Positions 25,699-34,653 of a stretch of 59,132 nucleotides of DNA are shown here, one piece after another. The stretch is from assembly GCA_023266475.1 (NCBI GenBank), contig JAHFQA010000001.1, positions 1-59,132 of the forward strand, in the 5' to 3' direction. The notes beneath the pieces are model-generated. The model was not told the DNA's origin, did not search any database, and worked only from the letters and a program-made list of their open reading frames with translations. The number at the start of each line of letters is the position of its first letter. Position 1 is the first letter of the stretch. The position numbers were made by a program, and so were the translations under genes. Origin of the DNA: Candidatus Woesearchaeota archaeon (GTDB lineage Archaea > Nanobdellota > Nanobdellia > Woesearchaeales > GW2011-AR4).

Positions 25699-26637
25699 AT
25701 GATAATAAATAAATTAAGTTGCTGCAACGAAAAGTCACTTATTGCATTGACGTCGGGAGAAAGATTATGCAAGAATCACTTTATAGAATATTTTGAAAAT
25801 AAGGTATTCAAAACTATTAGGCAATTTGAATTAGTTGAAAAAGAAGAAAATCTTGGGATTGCATTGTCAGGTGGAAAGGATTCATTGACAGTATTGCATA
25901 TTCTCAATAAATTGTCCAGGCAAAATCCTAAAATAAAGCTAAATGCGATCGCAATAGACGAAGGAATTGAAGGTTATCGAGACAAAACATTAAAGACAGC
26001 GGATGAATTTTGCCAAAAAAATCAAATAAATTTACATATTTTTTCCTACAAAGAAGAATTTGGATTGACGCTTGATGAAATGCTAAAAATTCTTGATGTG
26101 AAGCCATGCACTATTTGCGGCATTTTCAGGCGATATTTGCTTAACAAAAAATCAAGAGAAATGAAATTGACAAAATTGGCAACGGGCCATAATCTTGACG
26201 ATGAATGCCAGTCTATTCTGATGAACCAATTAAAAAATACTATTCAAGCAAGCGCAAGACTTGGTCCAAAGGTTGGTCTTGTGCATCATGAAAGATTCGT
26301 CCAAAGGATTAAGCCTTTGTATTTGTGCACGGAAAAGGAAGTGACAACCTATGCATATGTAAATGGATTGCTAGATGACTTTAATGAGTGCCCGAATGCA
26401 GTTCATTCATTCAGGGCCAAAGTGAGGGACATGATGAATGAAATGGAGCAGAAATTTCCAGGCACAAAATACTCAATTGCCAGCTCATTTTTGCAAATAT
26501 TGCCGCTATTAAAGCAGCAATTCAGGGATGGAATAATAAAAATCTGCAAGCAATGCCAAGAGCCAAGCGCTAATGATATATGTAATGCGTGTACCTATCT
26601 AGAGCGTCTAAAAAATAAAATAATTTACCAAGAATAA
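25699..26637 (+). CDS. PP-loop tRNA 2-thiolation protein (TtuA/NcsA/Ncs6 family)
   Basis: PP-loop ALSGGKDS, N- and C-terminal CxxC zinc fingers, and central CTICGIFRR. Confidence 0.85.
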   Translation: MIINKLSCCNEKSLIALTSGERLCKNHFIEYFENKVFKTIRQFELVEKEENLGIALSGGKDSLTVLHILNKLSRQNPKIKLNAIAIDEGIEGYRDKTLKTADEFCQKNQINLHIFSYKEEFGLTLDEMLKILDVKPCTICGIFRRYLLNKKSREMKLTKLATGHNLDDECQSILMNQLKNTIQASARLGPKVGLVHHERFVQRIKPLYLCTEKEVTTYAYVNGLLDDFNECPNAVHSFRAKVRDMMNEMEQKFPGTKYSIASSFLQILPLLKQQFRDGIIKICKQCQEPSANDICNACTYLERLKNKIIYQE

Positions 26638-27536
26638 TGGAAAACTGGATTTATTTTACGCTTTTGGCAGAGCTGATATGGTCTTTCACTTCTTTTATAG
26701 ACAAGATAGTATTTTCCAAGGGATACATAAAAAGCCCTTTTGTATTTATTGTTCTGAATGGCTCTATGAATGTTCTTGTAGTTTTTTTGCTGCCTTTTTT
26801 CAGCTTAGAGCCATTGAATTTTTTGGGCTTTTTTAGCGTGCTGGGTGCTGGAATTTTTTTAAGCCTTGGTGTTATTTTTTATTACAAAGCGGTCCAATAT
26901 GAGGAGATCTCAAGGGTTGTTGTTCTATGGCAGTTAATACCAATTTTTGTTTTGATTATGTCGTTTCTATTTCTCGGCGAAAGGCTTACAAAATTCAGTT
27001 TTATAGGGTTTGCTTTCCTGTTGTCAGCAGGATTTTTAATTTCTTATCGGAAAATAAATAAAAAATTCAAATTAAGCAAAGCGTTCTATTACATGCTTGC
27101 ATCCACTTTGCTTATTTCTTTCCATTACGTGCTGGCGAAGCATGTTTACGGTGTTACTAGCTTTTGGAGCGCTTTTATGTGGTTAAGGCTTGCAAGCTTT
27201 TCAGGCATCCTTGTTTTATTACTGCCATCAGTCAGAAGGGAATTTGCAAAAACTTATCAGATATCCAGCGCAAGAACTAAGTCATTGCTTGGATTTAAGA
27301 TGCTCATTGACTTTTCTGCATTTGTAACTTTAGGCTATGCAACTTTTTACGGACCAATATCATTGATTAGTGCCTTGGGAACCGCAGCAGCGCCATTATT
27401 TATTTTTATCATTACATCAATAGCCGCAATATATTTTCCATACGTATTGAAAGAAGATTTTAAGAGGGAAGCTGTTTTGGCAAAAATTTTTGCCATAGCC
27501 CTCACAATTATTGGCATTATTTTAGTTAATTTTTAA
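26637..27536 (+). CDS. DMT/EamA-family transporter
   Basis: About 10 TM helices in a two-fold EamA-like arrangement. The start overlaps the upstream stop (TAATG). Confidence 0.75.
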   Translation: MENWIYFTLLAELIWSFTSFIDKIVFSKGYIKSPFVFIVLNGSMNVLVVFLLPFFSLEPLNFLGFFSVLGAGIFLSLGVIFYYKAVQYEEISRVVVLWQLIPIFVLIMSFLFLGERLTKFSFIGFAFLLSAGFLISYRKINKKFKLSKAFYYMLASTLLISFHYVLAKHVYGVTSFWSAFMWLRLASFSGILVLLLPSVRREFAKTYQISSARTKSLLGFKMLIDFSAFVTLGYATFYGPISLISALGTAAAPLFIFIITSIAAIYFPYVLKEDFKREAVLAKIFAIALTIIGIILVNF

Positions 27537-27585
27537 CTTAAACAACAAATCTTAAATATCAGTGTAAAATTCCAAAATGACAAAT

Positions 27586-27593
27586 TTTATATA
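27586..27593 (+). promoter_or_regulatory. Archaeal TATA-box candidate for the ferredoxin gene
   Basis: TTTATATA starts 34 nt upstream of the ATG at 27620. Confidence 0.45.
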
Positions 27594-27619
27594 TAAGTTA
27601 ACAATAGTTAAGTTATAAA

Positions 27620-27904
27620 ATGGCAGACGAAAATCAGATTGCAGAAACAACCAAAAAATTTCAGATACAGCACGACAGGCCAAATTGCATAGGCTGCGCT
27701 GCGTGCGCTGCTGTTGCCCCTGATTTCTGGACAATGAGCGATGACGGCAAATCAGACATTGTGGGCTGCAGGAAAAGAGATGACGAATGGGAAGAGCTTG
27801 ATGTAGAAGAGAAAGACTATCAAATTAATAAGGAAGCTGCTGATTCCTGCCCTGTAAATGTTATCCACATCATAAATAAGCAAACCGGAGAGAAAATAAT
27901 TTAA
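27620..27904 (+). CDS. Small single-cluster ferredoxin
   Basis: CIGCAACAAVAP...DSCPVNVI cysteine pattern. Confidence 0.8.
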   Translation: MADENQIAETTKKFQIQHDRPNCIGCAACAAVAPDFWTMSDDGKSDIVGCRKRDDEWEELDVEEKDYQINKEAADSCPVNVIHIINKQTGEKII

Positions 27905-27920
27905 ACATTAGAGTTTCTGA

Positions 27921-28127
27921 GTGTTTATGGACAAATGCCCTAAATGCGGCAATTCAAATATAAAATTAATTAATTATTTAGGCATTAAAACTATCAAGTG
28001 CAAGAACTGCGGATTTGATGAAAGCCTTCTTCTTAATGTCTTTCCCGAGCAGAAAACAAATCAAAAAGCCAAAGGAGAATATTCTGTATATAAGAGTGGC
28101 GGAAGTCAAAGGGCGAGGAAAAAATGA
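27921..28127 (+). CDS. Zinc-ribbon protein
   Basis: CPKCG...CKNCG with a basic tail. The likely ATG is at 27927. Confidence 0.5.
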   Translation: MFMDKCPKCGNSNIKLINYLGIKTIKCKNCGFDESLLLNVFPEQKTNQKAKGEYSVYKSGGSQRARKK

Positions 28128-28184
28128 ATTCAATTTCATTGACAGTTGAACAATAAAGAAAAACATTAAAAATAAATAATATCT

Positions 28185-29180
28185 TTATTTCAATCCCTTA
28201 AATGCTTCTTCAAATTCTTCATTAGAATAATTATTTTTAATTAGAGCACTCCTAATTTGTTCCTTATTATAACCTTTCCTTAAGTTGATTGCAACATAAT
28301 TTCTTAAGGCTATGTTACTTTGCTGCTGACGCTGCTGCTCAAGCGATTTATGGGATTTTATTCTCCTCATTTCAAGATATGTTAAGTATGATAATATTAA
28401 CAGTACTGGCATTAATACGAAAATCCAGTCAATATGTAATTTTGAACTCTCCTTTGGCGGTAAATTCTCCAATTGTTTAAAATCTGCAGTTTCCTGTTTT
28501 AATTGTTGTGATGGGTTTAAGAGTTCTAAGCTATTGACCAAAATCTTATCACCTAAAATCTTTCCCTTAACTCTAACGGGAGTGCCTGATAAAACTACAG
28601 GCAATTGCCTGTCAGATTCCAGAGCATACCTTTTGCTGCTGGTTCTTAAATAAAAATTAAATCTTGAATTTTTCGGATGCTCAAAGTCATCCTCATGGAT
28701 TACTTCTAGCACTCCGTCAATTTCCACATGAGGTTCTTGATCATACATTGGATTTAATAGAATATCCAAAACTTTGTTGTTATTTTTGTCATAAATATTC
28801 AATATTTTAGCAGAATTGTAATAAGGAATGGGTATTTTGAAATTCATGTCATTAGCAGAACCACTTGCACTATCATTTACCATCCCTTTCATGATAATTG
28901 ATCCAAATGGGACGTTAAATCTAACAGACTTAAGCAAGAGATTATCAACTGAAATAATATCAAGCCTATAGTCCTGGTCCGACTGAGATACAGTATCTGG
29001 AACAATACCTTGCTTCACTTGAATATCAACTAAATTTAATGACTCGAAAATTCCTTGTTTTTTATAATTTAAATTAATTTCATAGACTTGATTGTTTTCC
29101 TGTGCAATTACTAAAGTGGAAAATAGCACTATAATTAGCAACAAAAAAACAAAAGGGATTAATGTGTTTTCATTTTTCAT
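28185..29180 (-). CDS. Bitopic membrane protein translationally coupled to the giant surface protein
   Basis: The preferred start is ATG 29180..29178 (MKNENTLIPFVFLLLIIVLF signal), which overlaps the upstream stop as TAATG. A second TM helix lies near the C-terminus, followed by a cytoplasmic tail. Confidence 0.6.
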   Translation of the reverse strand: MKNENTLIPFVFLLLIIVLFSTLVIAQENNQVYEINLNYKKQGIFESLNLVDIQVKQGIVPDTVSQSDQDYRLDIISVDNLLLKSVRFNVPFGSIIMKGMVNDSASGSANDMNFKIPIPYYNSAKILNIYDKNNNKVLDILLNPMYDQEPHVEIDGVLEVIHEDDFEHPKNSRFNFYLRTSSKRYALESDRQLPVVLSGTPVRVKGKILGDKILVNSLELLNPSQQLKQETADFKQLENLPPKESSKLHIDWIFVLMPVLLILSYLTYLEMRRIKSHKSLEQQRQQQSNIALRNYVAINLRKGYNKEQIRSALIKNNYSNEEFEEAFKGLK

Positions 29181-32100
29181 TAACTCACCGTAAATCTGTA
29201 ATTTTGGTCTGACACTTTGCCGCCTACACGTACAAATGTGGTATATGTGCCTCTTGGCCAACCTGCAGTGTTGTCTGCAGTAAATGTAATTGAGTATGTC
29301 CCATCGCTTCTGGTAATGCCCCAGTCTAGATTATCATCAAAGAGTTTGCTGCCTACCGAGTCGATTATTGTTAATAGAATTTGAGAATTAGGGGCGGCAT
29401 CTTTAATAGTGGCGTAAGCTGTTACTCCTAATTTAATATTAGACAAGCTGCCAGGCGGCATTCCTATCAATTCTAACTTTGGATTTTGTTGAATAATTGT
29501 AATTTGTTGTGTTTTCACTGTGAAAGTTATGTGGCCCTTTTCTTCACCATTGATATACACAGTTCCATTCCAATTGCCTACATTTTGCTTTGTAGGAGTT
29601 GCACTCAATCCACATGATGTGGAGCCTGCAGCCACAGTACACAAACTATATTCACTTTCAAAATTACCATTTTTCCATACTCTTACGGATAAAACGTCAC
29701 CTTCTTTTGCTTTTGAAAGATTAAATGTCCAGGAGTCCTTATCTGCTATTATGATTCCGCCATCAGGTATGAAAGAATAGGTCGGAGTTGGTATAGCTTG
29801 AGGGATTGGTGTAGCAGGACATTGGGCATCACCACCGATACAATTATCATCAATCCCATTTCCACAAATCTCTGCTGGTGCTTCATTAGGATATGCAAAT
29901 CGTTTCAGAGTGGAATAGCATATTACCGTGCTTCCGCAATATGTGGCATTAGTGCAATCATTTAAGCTTCCACACAGTGGCTGGTCTAACAACCATTCAT
30001 TATTGCTTTTATATCCTATGCAATAATAATTCTTACCATCACATTGAGTTTGGCAGTTTGAAGTGCTTAATGGATTGCAAGTGGACCTGGGGTCAATTGC
30101 AGTTATCCATCCGTAAGGAACCCTACAATATTTCGCAGGACCGTCAAGATTGCATGTTGATGCACATGGTGTGGTTGCATTGCAAGGAATTTGGCTGCAG
30201 GATCTTTGAACCTGATAATAAACTTCATTTGAATTATAATTTCCAATAAACACCCAGGCCTTGAAGTCACCAAACTGCAAGTTTTTTGCAACAGAGGTTT
30301 TTAACCATCTTCCACCAGCGTCAGTGTCGCCAATATAGTCTCCATACATTATGAACTTATTAGTTGCGGTATCAATGGCGTAAACATAAATCTTTGAACT
30401 TGGTTGTGCGTTAGAGATGGATGTAATTACTTCATCTCCTTCTCGAATAAACTCTGGCACTACTGAAAGTAAAGGAATCTTATTTACTGCCGTAATATTA
30501 AGGTCAACTTTGTTTGAGTAAGAACCACCAACATTTACATAAGAAACATAATTACCTAGAGGTGAACTTGAAGAATCAAACGATTTAGACCAAGTGCCAT
30601 TTGAATCAGTTACACCAACTACTGTGCCATCAGCTATTATGGTTCTATTTGTACTTACTATATAAAGCATTACATCTGAATTGGCTGTTGCGTTTGAAAT
30701 ACCTAATTTAAAGTATTCTCCTTGCTTAATTTCTGTCGGTGTAACAGAAAATACTATTCTTTGAGATTTTACAACAAAAACTGTTGCAGATTTCTTGCAA
30801 ATCACATTATCTGATTTATCGATCCATGAAAATGTTAAAGAAACTTTATCACCTTCATGAATATGAACATTGTAAAAAGCCCCTATTGTGTCCAATCCTT
30901 TCTGCTCAACGCCGCTTGGCGGAGTTACATCACCATGCCTATTTGAGTGAAGCGTTCCTTGTTCATGGTAGGCAATAAGATCAACACTATTTCCATCTCC
31001 CTCCCATTTTACATTAAATTCTTCTTGGTCATTAACTATACTTGGCATTATTATGTTGCAACGTGGTTTTGGTGTAGGTGTATATTTTTGTGGAGAGCCA
31101 TTAAGTTCAAACTCTGGGCCATTCCAAGAGTCAATAGCATAAGCATAAATTTTAATTGGGAATATTTGAGTATCTGGATATATTTCATTTATTGGTATGT
31201 TAAATCCGTGATTGCCCGGATAGCCAGCTTTATTAGCATCTGGATTTGGAAGGTTAGCTTTGGCATCAATAATTGGGTATAGAGACTGACCTAATTCATC
31301 ATCATACGACAAAACAACATCAACTGACTCCTTTGGCGTATCTGGATCAACAGCCCAGCCATAAGCTGAATCTATTCCCATAGATTCATTTTGGAAGCCA
31401 TCGAATGAACCTACTGGCTCATGATTTTCTCCTCTAAATCTGGATATATTTACTAATGCTCCACTATTATCTACGCTTTTAACAGTGATTTCATAATCAT
31501 TAACACTGTCACGATAAGTTTCTCCAACGGGAAGAAATGAAATCAAATCCTGATAGTTTTGCACAATTGGAGCTGCTTCGACTATGTCACCATATTTTTT
31601 CCCACCCGTTGATGTAACAATATCATCAGGAATGGGTGGTGCTCCTTGCTTCGTTAAGATTGGATTTTTTGATACAATTCTTACAAGGTTTGTTTGAAAC
31701 ACATACGGCAAAGAGGGAACTGCAGATAAATGAATAAGAATGCCTAAAATAAGATCATTTTGAATACCTGAATCATAGTCAACTGGTTGTCTATACTCTA
31801 ATGAATACGAAACATCAAGATTTCTTAAAACCCCATAATCTTCATACACCTTGTAGAATAGATGATTTGTTTTCCAAGGGAGCTTAAGTTGCTGAATAGC
31901 TCCTTTCGGTTGCTTTGATTCCAACGGCTTTAACAGATACTCACCTTCTGATGTAACTATTATGTTATCGTTATCGAGCCATCCAACCTCTTCTTTGTGG
32001 GGGGCATTTAAGTGTCGGGGTCCATTACCCATAATATCAAATTGGTCCCCATACTCATTGCTTTTACAGCTTATGCATTCCAAAGTGTTTGCATGGTGCA

Positions 32101-33487
32101 TTCCCAAATTATGACCTAATTCGTGGCTCACTGCAATAAAGTTATGCCAACCAATCCAAGAAATTGAAGCCCTTACTGGACCGTCAGAAGTCTGAATCCA
32201 GGATTTCCCAATCGTTCCGCATGTGCAAGAATGGCATGATTTCTTGCTGTAGTCGGTAGTATAAACTAGTACAATTCTTTGATAATCTGGAAAATAAACA
32301 TCTTTATCAGCAGCTTTTATCGAATTCTTTAGAATATCATCGATGCCGCACGTAGTTTCAGGAAGCTTATATGGTCCAACCACTATTCCGGTTAGAGAAA
32401 GTTTGCCAAAAGAATTCCTGATAAAGTAGTCGTTGGCAGTTTCAAATTTATTACTAAAAACCATGTCTCTAATTGATCCTACATCAGCAGGCGATTCATT
32501 ACCGACGGCAACTATTATAACTAAAGTAGATTGGGTACCTAAATTGCCCCTGGGACAGTCAATAGGACAATTAAACTCACCTTCCCCTTTTTCACAAATT
32601 TTATTATTGCATTGCGCTTTTAAACATCCAGATGTGTCGCTTTTGCAGTTAGGAGAACACCTTAATGTTCCTCCAATGAATGGATAGATATCTGAGCAGC
32701 TTTTAGCCCGATCATCAAATAAATTACCTTCACAGTCCTCAAGCACGTCAAGTTTTCCATTGCCGCAGGTTTTTAGGATGCATTCCGAAAAATCAACACG
32801 GCAGCCTTGATTGCATTTTAATGATCCTTGCCTATAATAACTTAAAGCATCAGCACAGTATTTGGATATAGAAAATTCATTTCCATCACAAAATTCTCCG
32901 TCTTCCAAAACACCGTTACCGCATTGTGGTACAATACAATTAAACTCTATATCTTTGTCCTTTCCGTCGATTGTGGTTGTTATTTCCTCCTTGCTGCAGG
33001 AGCTTTTCCAGACTATTTTTTCCTCTTTTCTGCCTTTAAGGTCTGCTTTACAGATTCTTTTTCCAAAACATCTTCCTTTGTCAGAATAGCATCTTTGTTC
33101 AGTATTCAAATTTTTGAATTTACATATAACTGCTTCAACTACAATATTTGTGTCACATCTGCCTTGGCTGCAATACCCGCCTTGACAAGGTTTTTCATTT
33201 GGAAAATATGAGCAAGAAACTCTTCCAACATTGTCTGCAATGCAATCATCAGTGCATGGATTGTTGTCAGGCGCACAGCAGACAGCATTAGGAAATTTGC
33301 TTTTGCAGTCACTTAAGGTTTTCTGAGCACAGGAGCATCCAAACTGGTCTACTTGCGTAGTCTCAGAATTCGAGCACCTATCATCAGAATCAGGAACACC
33401 ATCTTTGTCAGAATCTGGAACTGCTGCATTCGATAGTATGGTTAATAGCAAAAATACAAGAATATACAAAAACATGCTCTTTTTCAT
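29180..33487 (-). CDS. Giant (1435 aa) secreted Cys-rich metzincin-type metalloprotease / adhesin-like protein
   Basis: Signal peptide, a TSP3-like DSDKDGVPDSDD repeat, CGNG..E.GE.CD Cys-rich repeats, and the metzincin motif HELGHNLGMHH (32093..32125; gametolysin/M11-like context). There are three roughly 90-aa beta-sandwich-like repeats and a further Cys-rich region. Confidence 0.85.
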   Translation of the reverse strand: MKKSMFLYILVFLLLTILSNAAVPDSDKDGVPDSDDRCSNSETTQVDQFGCSCAQKTLSDCKSKFPNAVCCAPDNNPCTDDCIADNVGRVSCSYFPNEKPCQGGYCSQGRCDTNIVVEAVICKFKNLNTEQRCYSDKGRCFGKRICKADLKGRKEEKIVWKSSCSKEEITTTIDGKDKDIEFNCIVPQCGNGVLEDGEFCDGNEFSISKYCADALSYYRQGSLKCNQGCRVDFSECILKTCGNGKLDVLEDCEGNLFDDRAKSCSDIYPFIGGTLRCSPNCKSDTSGCLKAQCNNKICEKGEGEFNCPIDCPRGNLGTQSTLVIIVAVGNESPADVGSIRDMVFSNKFETANDYFIRNSFGKLSLTGIVVGPYKLPETTCGIDDILKNSIKAADKDVYFPDYQRIVLVYTTDYSKKSCHSCTCGTIGKSWIQTSDGPVRASISWIGWHNFIAVSHELGHNLGMHHANTLECISCKSNEYGDQFDIMGNGPRHLNAPHKEEVGWLDNDNIIVTSEGEYLLKPLESKQPKGAIQQLKLPWKTNHLFYKVYEDYGVLRNLDVSYSLEYRQPVDYDSGIQNDLILGILIHLSAVPSLPYVFQTNLVRIVSKNPILTKQGAPPIPDDIVTSTGGKKYGDIVEAAPIVQNYQDLISFLPVGETYRDSVNDYEITVKSVDNSGALVNISRFRGENHEPVGSFDGFQNESMGIDSAYGWAVDPDTPKESVDVVLSYDDELGQSLYPIIDAKANLPNPDANKAGYPGNHGFNIPINEIYPDTQIFPIKIYAYAIDSWNGPEFELNGSPQKYTPTPKPRCNIIMPSIVNDQEEFNVKWEGDGNSVDLIAYHEQGTLHSNRHGDVTPPSGVEQKGLDTIGAFYNVHIHEGDKVSLTFSWIDKSDNVICKKSATVFVVKSQRIVFSVTPTEIKQGEYFKLGISNATANSDVMLYIVSTNRTIIADGTVVGVTDSNGTWSKSFDSSSSPLGNYVSYVNVGGSYSNKVDLNITAVNKIPLLSVVPEFIREGDEVITSISNAQPSSKIYVYAIDTATNKFIMYGDYIGDTDAGGRWLKTSVAKNLQFGDFKAWVFIGNYNSNEVYYQVQRSCSQIPCNATTPCASTCNLDGPAKYCRVPYGWITAIDPRSTCNPLSTSNCQTQCDGKNYYCIGYKSNNEWLLDQPLCGSLNDCTNATYCGSTVICYSTLKRFAYPNEAPAEICGNGIDDNCIGGDAQCPATPIPQAIPTPTYSFIPDGGIIIADKDSWTFNLSKAKEGDVLSVRVWKNGNFESEYSLCTVAAGSTSCGLSATPTKQNVGNWNGTVYINGEEKGHITFTVKTQQITIIQQNPKLELIGMPPGSLSNIKLGVTAYATIKDAAPNSQILLTIIDSVGSKLFDDNLDWGITRSDGTYSITFTADNTAGWPRGTYTTFVRVGGKVSDQNYRFTVS

Positions 33488-33489
33488 TT

Positions 33490-34020
33490 TTAATTATAAA
33501 TTATATATTTTGTGATGTCAATAATTTCCCGGCAATCGGCTATTAACTTGTCGATTGCTGTTTCATCTTCAATCAAAATTTTCGTCCCATAAGTATATTC
33601 TTCCCTTATATCGATAATATTGCTTTCATGAATTTCCCTGAGGTCAGCCTGCTTTAGCATATCAATAAGCCTTGAATCGAGATTTATTTTGCCTTCCTCT
33701 CTCAGCCATTCAATAAGCGCAACAGTACAAGTCTGATTTCTTGACTCATAGCCAAATCTGAACGCTATCGCAAGAAAGCAGTGATAGATGCTGTAAAATC
33801 CTGCTGCTATTGACCAGTCAGAAAAGCCGATTTCCTTGAATCTTACCACACCCTTTAGATTGTGCTCTGCTTTGGTAATATGCCCCCCGGCTTCTTCCGT
33901 ATTTGGCTTCATTTTCAACAGGCCCCTGTGCTTCGGGCTCTTGCCCAGTTTCTTCGATTCCTTAATTTCCTTTTCAGCTTTTGCAAGGCACCATTTTACA
34001 TGGTTATATGCTTGTGACAT
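33490..34020 (-). CDS. HEPN-domain protein (toxin-like partner of MNT)
   Basis: An all-helical 176-aa protein with a HEPN-like core (YSIYHCFLAIAFRFGYESRN). It overlaps the upstream nucleotidyltransferase gene by 17 nt. The canonical R-x4-6-H motif is not obvious. Confidence 0.6.
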   Translation of the reverse strand: MSQAYNHVKWCLAKAEKEIKESKKLGKSPKHRGLLKMKPNTEEAGGHITKAEHNLKGVVRFKEIGFSDWSIAAGFYSIYHCFLAIAFRFGYESRNQTCTVALIEWLREEGKINLDSRLIDMLKQADLREIHESNIIDIREEYTYGTKILIEDETAIDKLIADCREIIDITKYIIYN

Positions 34021-34597
34021 TCTTTATTACCTCGACATACCTCACCTGCCCGTATAAAATAACCGCGTTCTTGACAATATCAATTATAGCTTCCTGCCTT
34101 TTCCTGATATTATTTTTTAAATCCTCTTCTGTAAGCTCAATAGAATGTATTCTTTTCGGCAATAATTCCTGTTTTTCATCAATAATATTTTTTACTTCTT
34201 TTAAGTCTTCTTTTTTTATTACTATCATAATGTCAATGTCTTTTGCTGCCTGATAATTCCTTATAGCAGAGCCGAACATCATTACAATCCTGTCATTTTT
34301 GGATAGTTCCCCTAACTCCTTCTTCCATCTCTTGAACTTGTTATTGGTTTCGTCAGCCAGCAAAAAAGCAATAAGCTGGCTGACATAATCATCTTCCAGC
34401 CTTGGCTTGTAGATTATTGATTTGCCTATTTGCCTGTCTATAACTAAATTAGCTTTAAGAAGCCTTTTGAATATTTTCTGGGCTCCAACATGGCTTATTT
34501 TGAGAACTTTGCTTATGGAGTTAGCGTTATAGTAGCTAGTAAAGTCTTTGAATAAAATAAGCAGTGTTTCCCTTTCCTTTTCAGTTAACGATACCAT
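34004..34597 (-). CDS. wHTH + minimal nucleotidyltransferase (MNT) protein
   Basis: An N-terminal wHTH and the NTase motif FGSAIRNYQAAKDIDIMIV. Confidence 0.8.
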   Translation of the reverse strand: MVSLTEKERETLLILFKDFTSYYNANSISKVLKISHVGAQKIFKRLLKANLVIDRQIGKSIIYKPRLEDDYVSQLIAFLLADETNNKFKRWKKELGELSKNDRIVMMFGSAIRNYQAAKDIDIMIVIKKEDLKEVKNIIDEKQELLPKRIHSIELTEEDLKNNIRKRQEAIIDIVKNAVILYGQVRYVEVIKNVTSI

Positions 34598-34603
34598 AGT
34601 AAT

Positions 34604-34640
34604 TTGCAGTTACTATATAGAAACTTGTAGTTACTATATA
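34604..34640 (-). promoter_or_regulatory. Tandem direct repeats (TATA-containing) upstream of the MNT-HEPN pair; promoter/operator candidate
   Basis: On the minus strand, TATATAGTAACTRCAA occurs twice (plus-strand 34604..34619 and 34625..34640), 21 bp apart. The proximal copy ends 6 nt before the ATG at 34597. Confidence 0.5.
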
Positions 34641-34653
34641 ACACTTTCGATTC

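Noticed and set aside
29520-33211. Plus-strand ORFs of 62-111 aa inside the giant gene (e.g. 29520..29780, 30947..31282, 32924..33211)
   Set aside because: They are antisense shadows of a long, well-supported coding region. They have low-complexity translations and lack start context and motifs.
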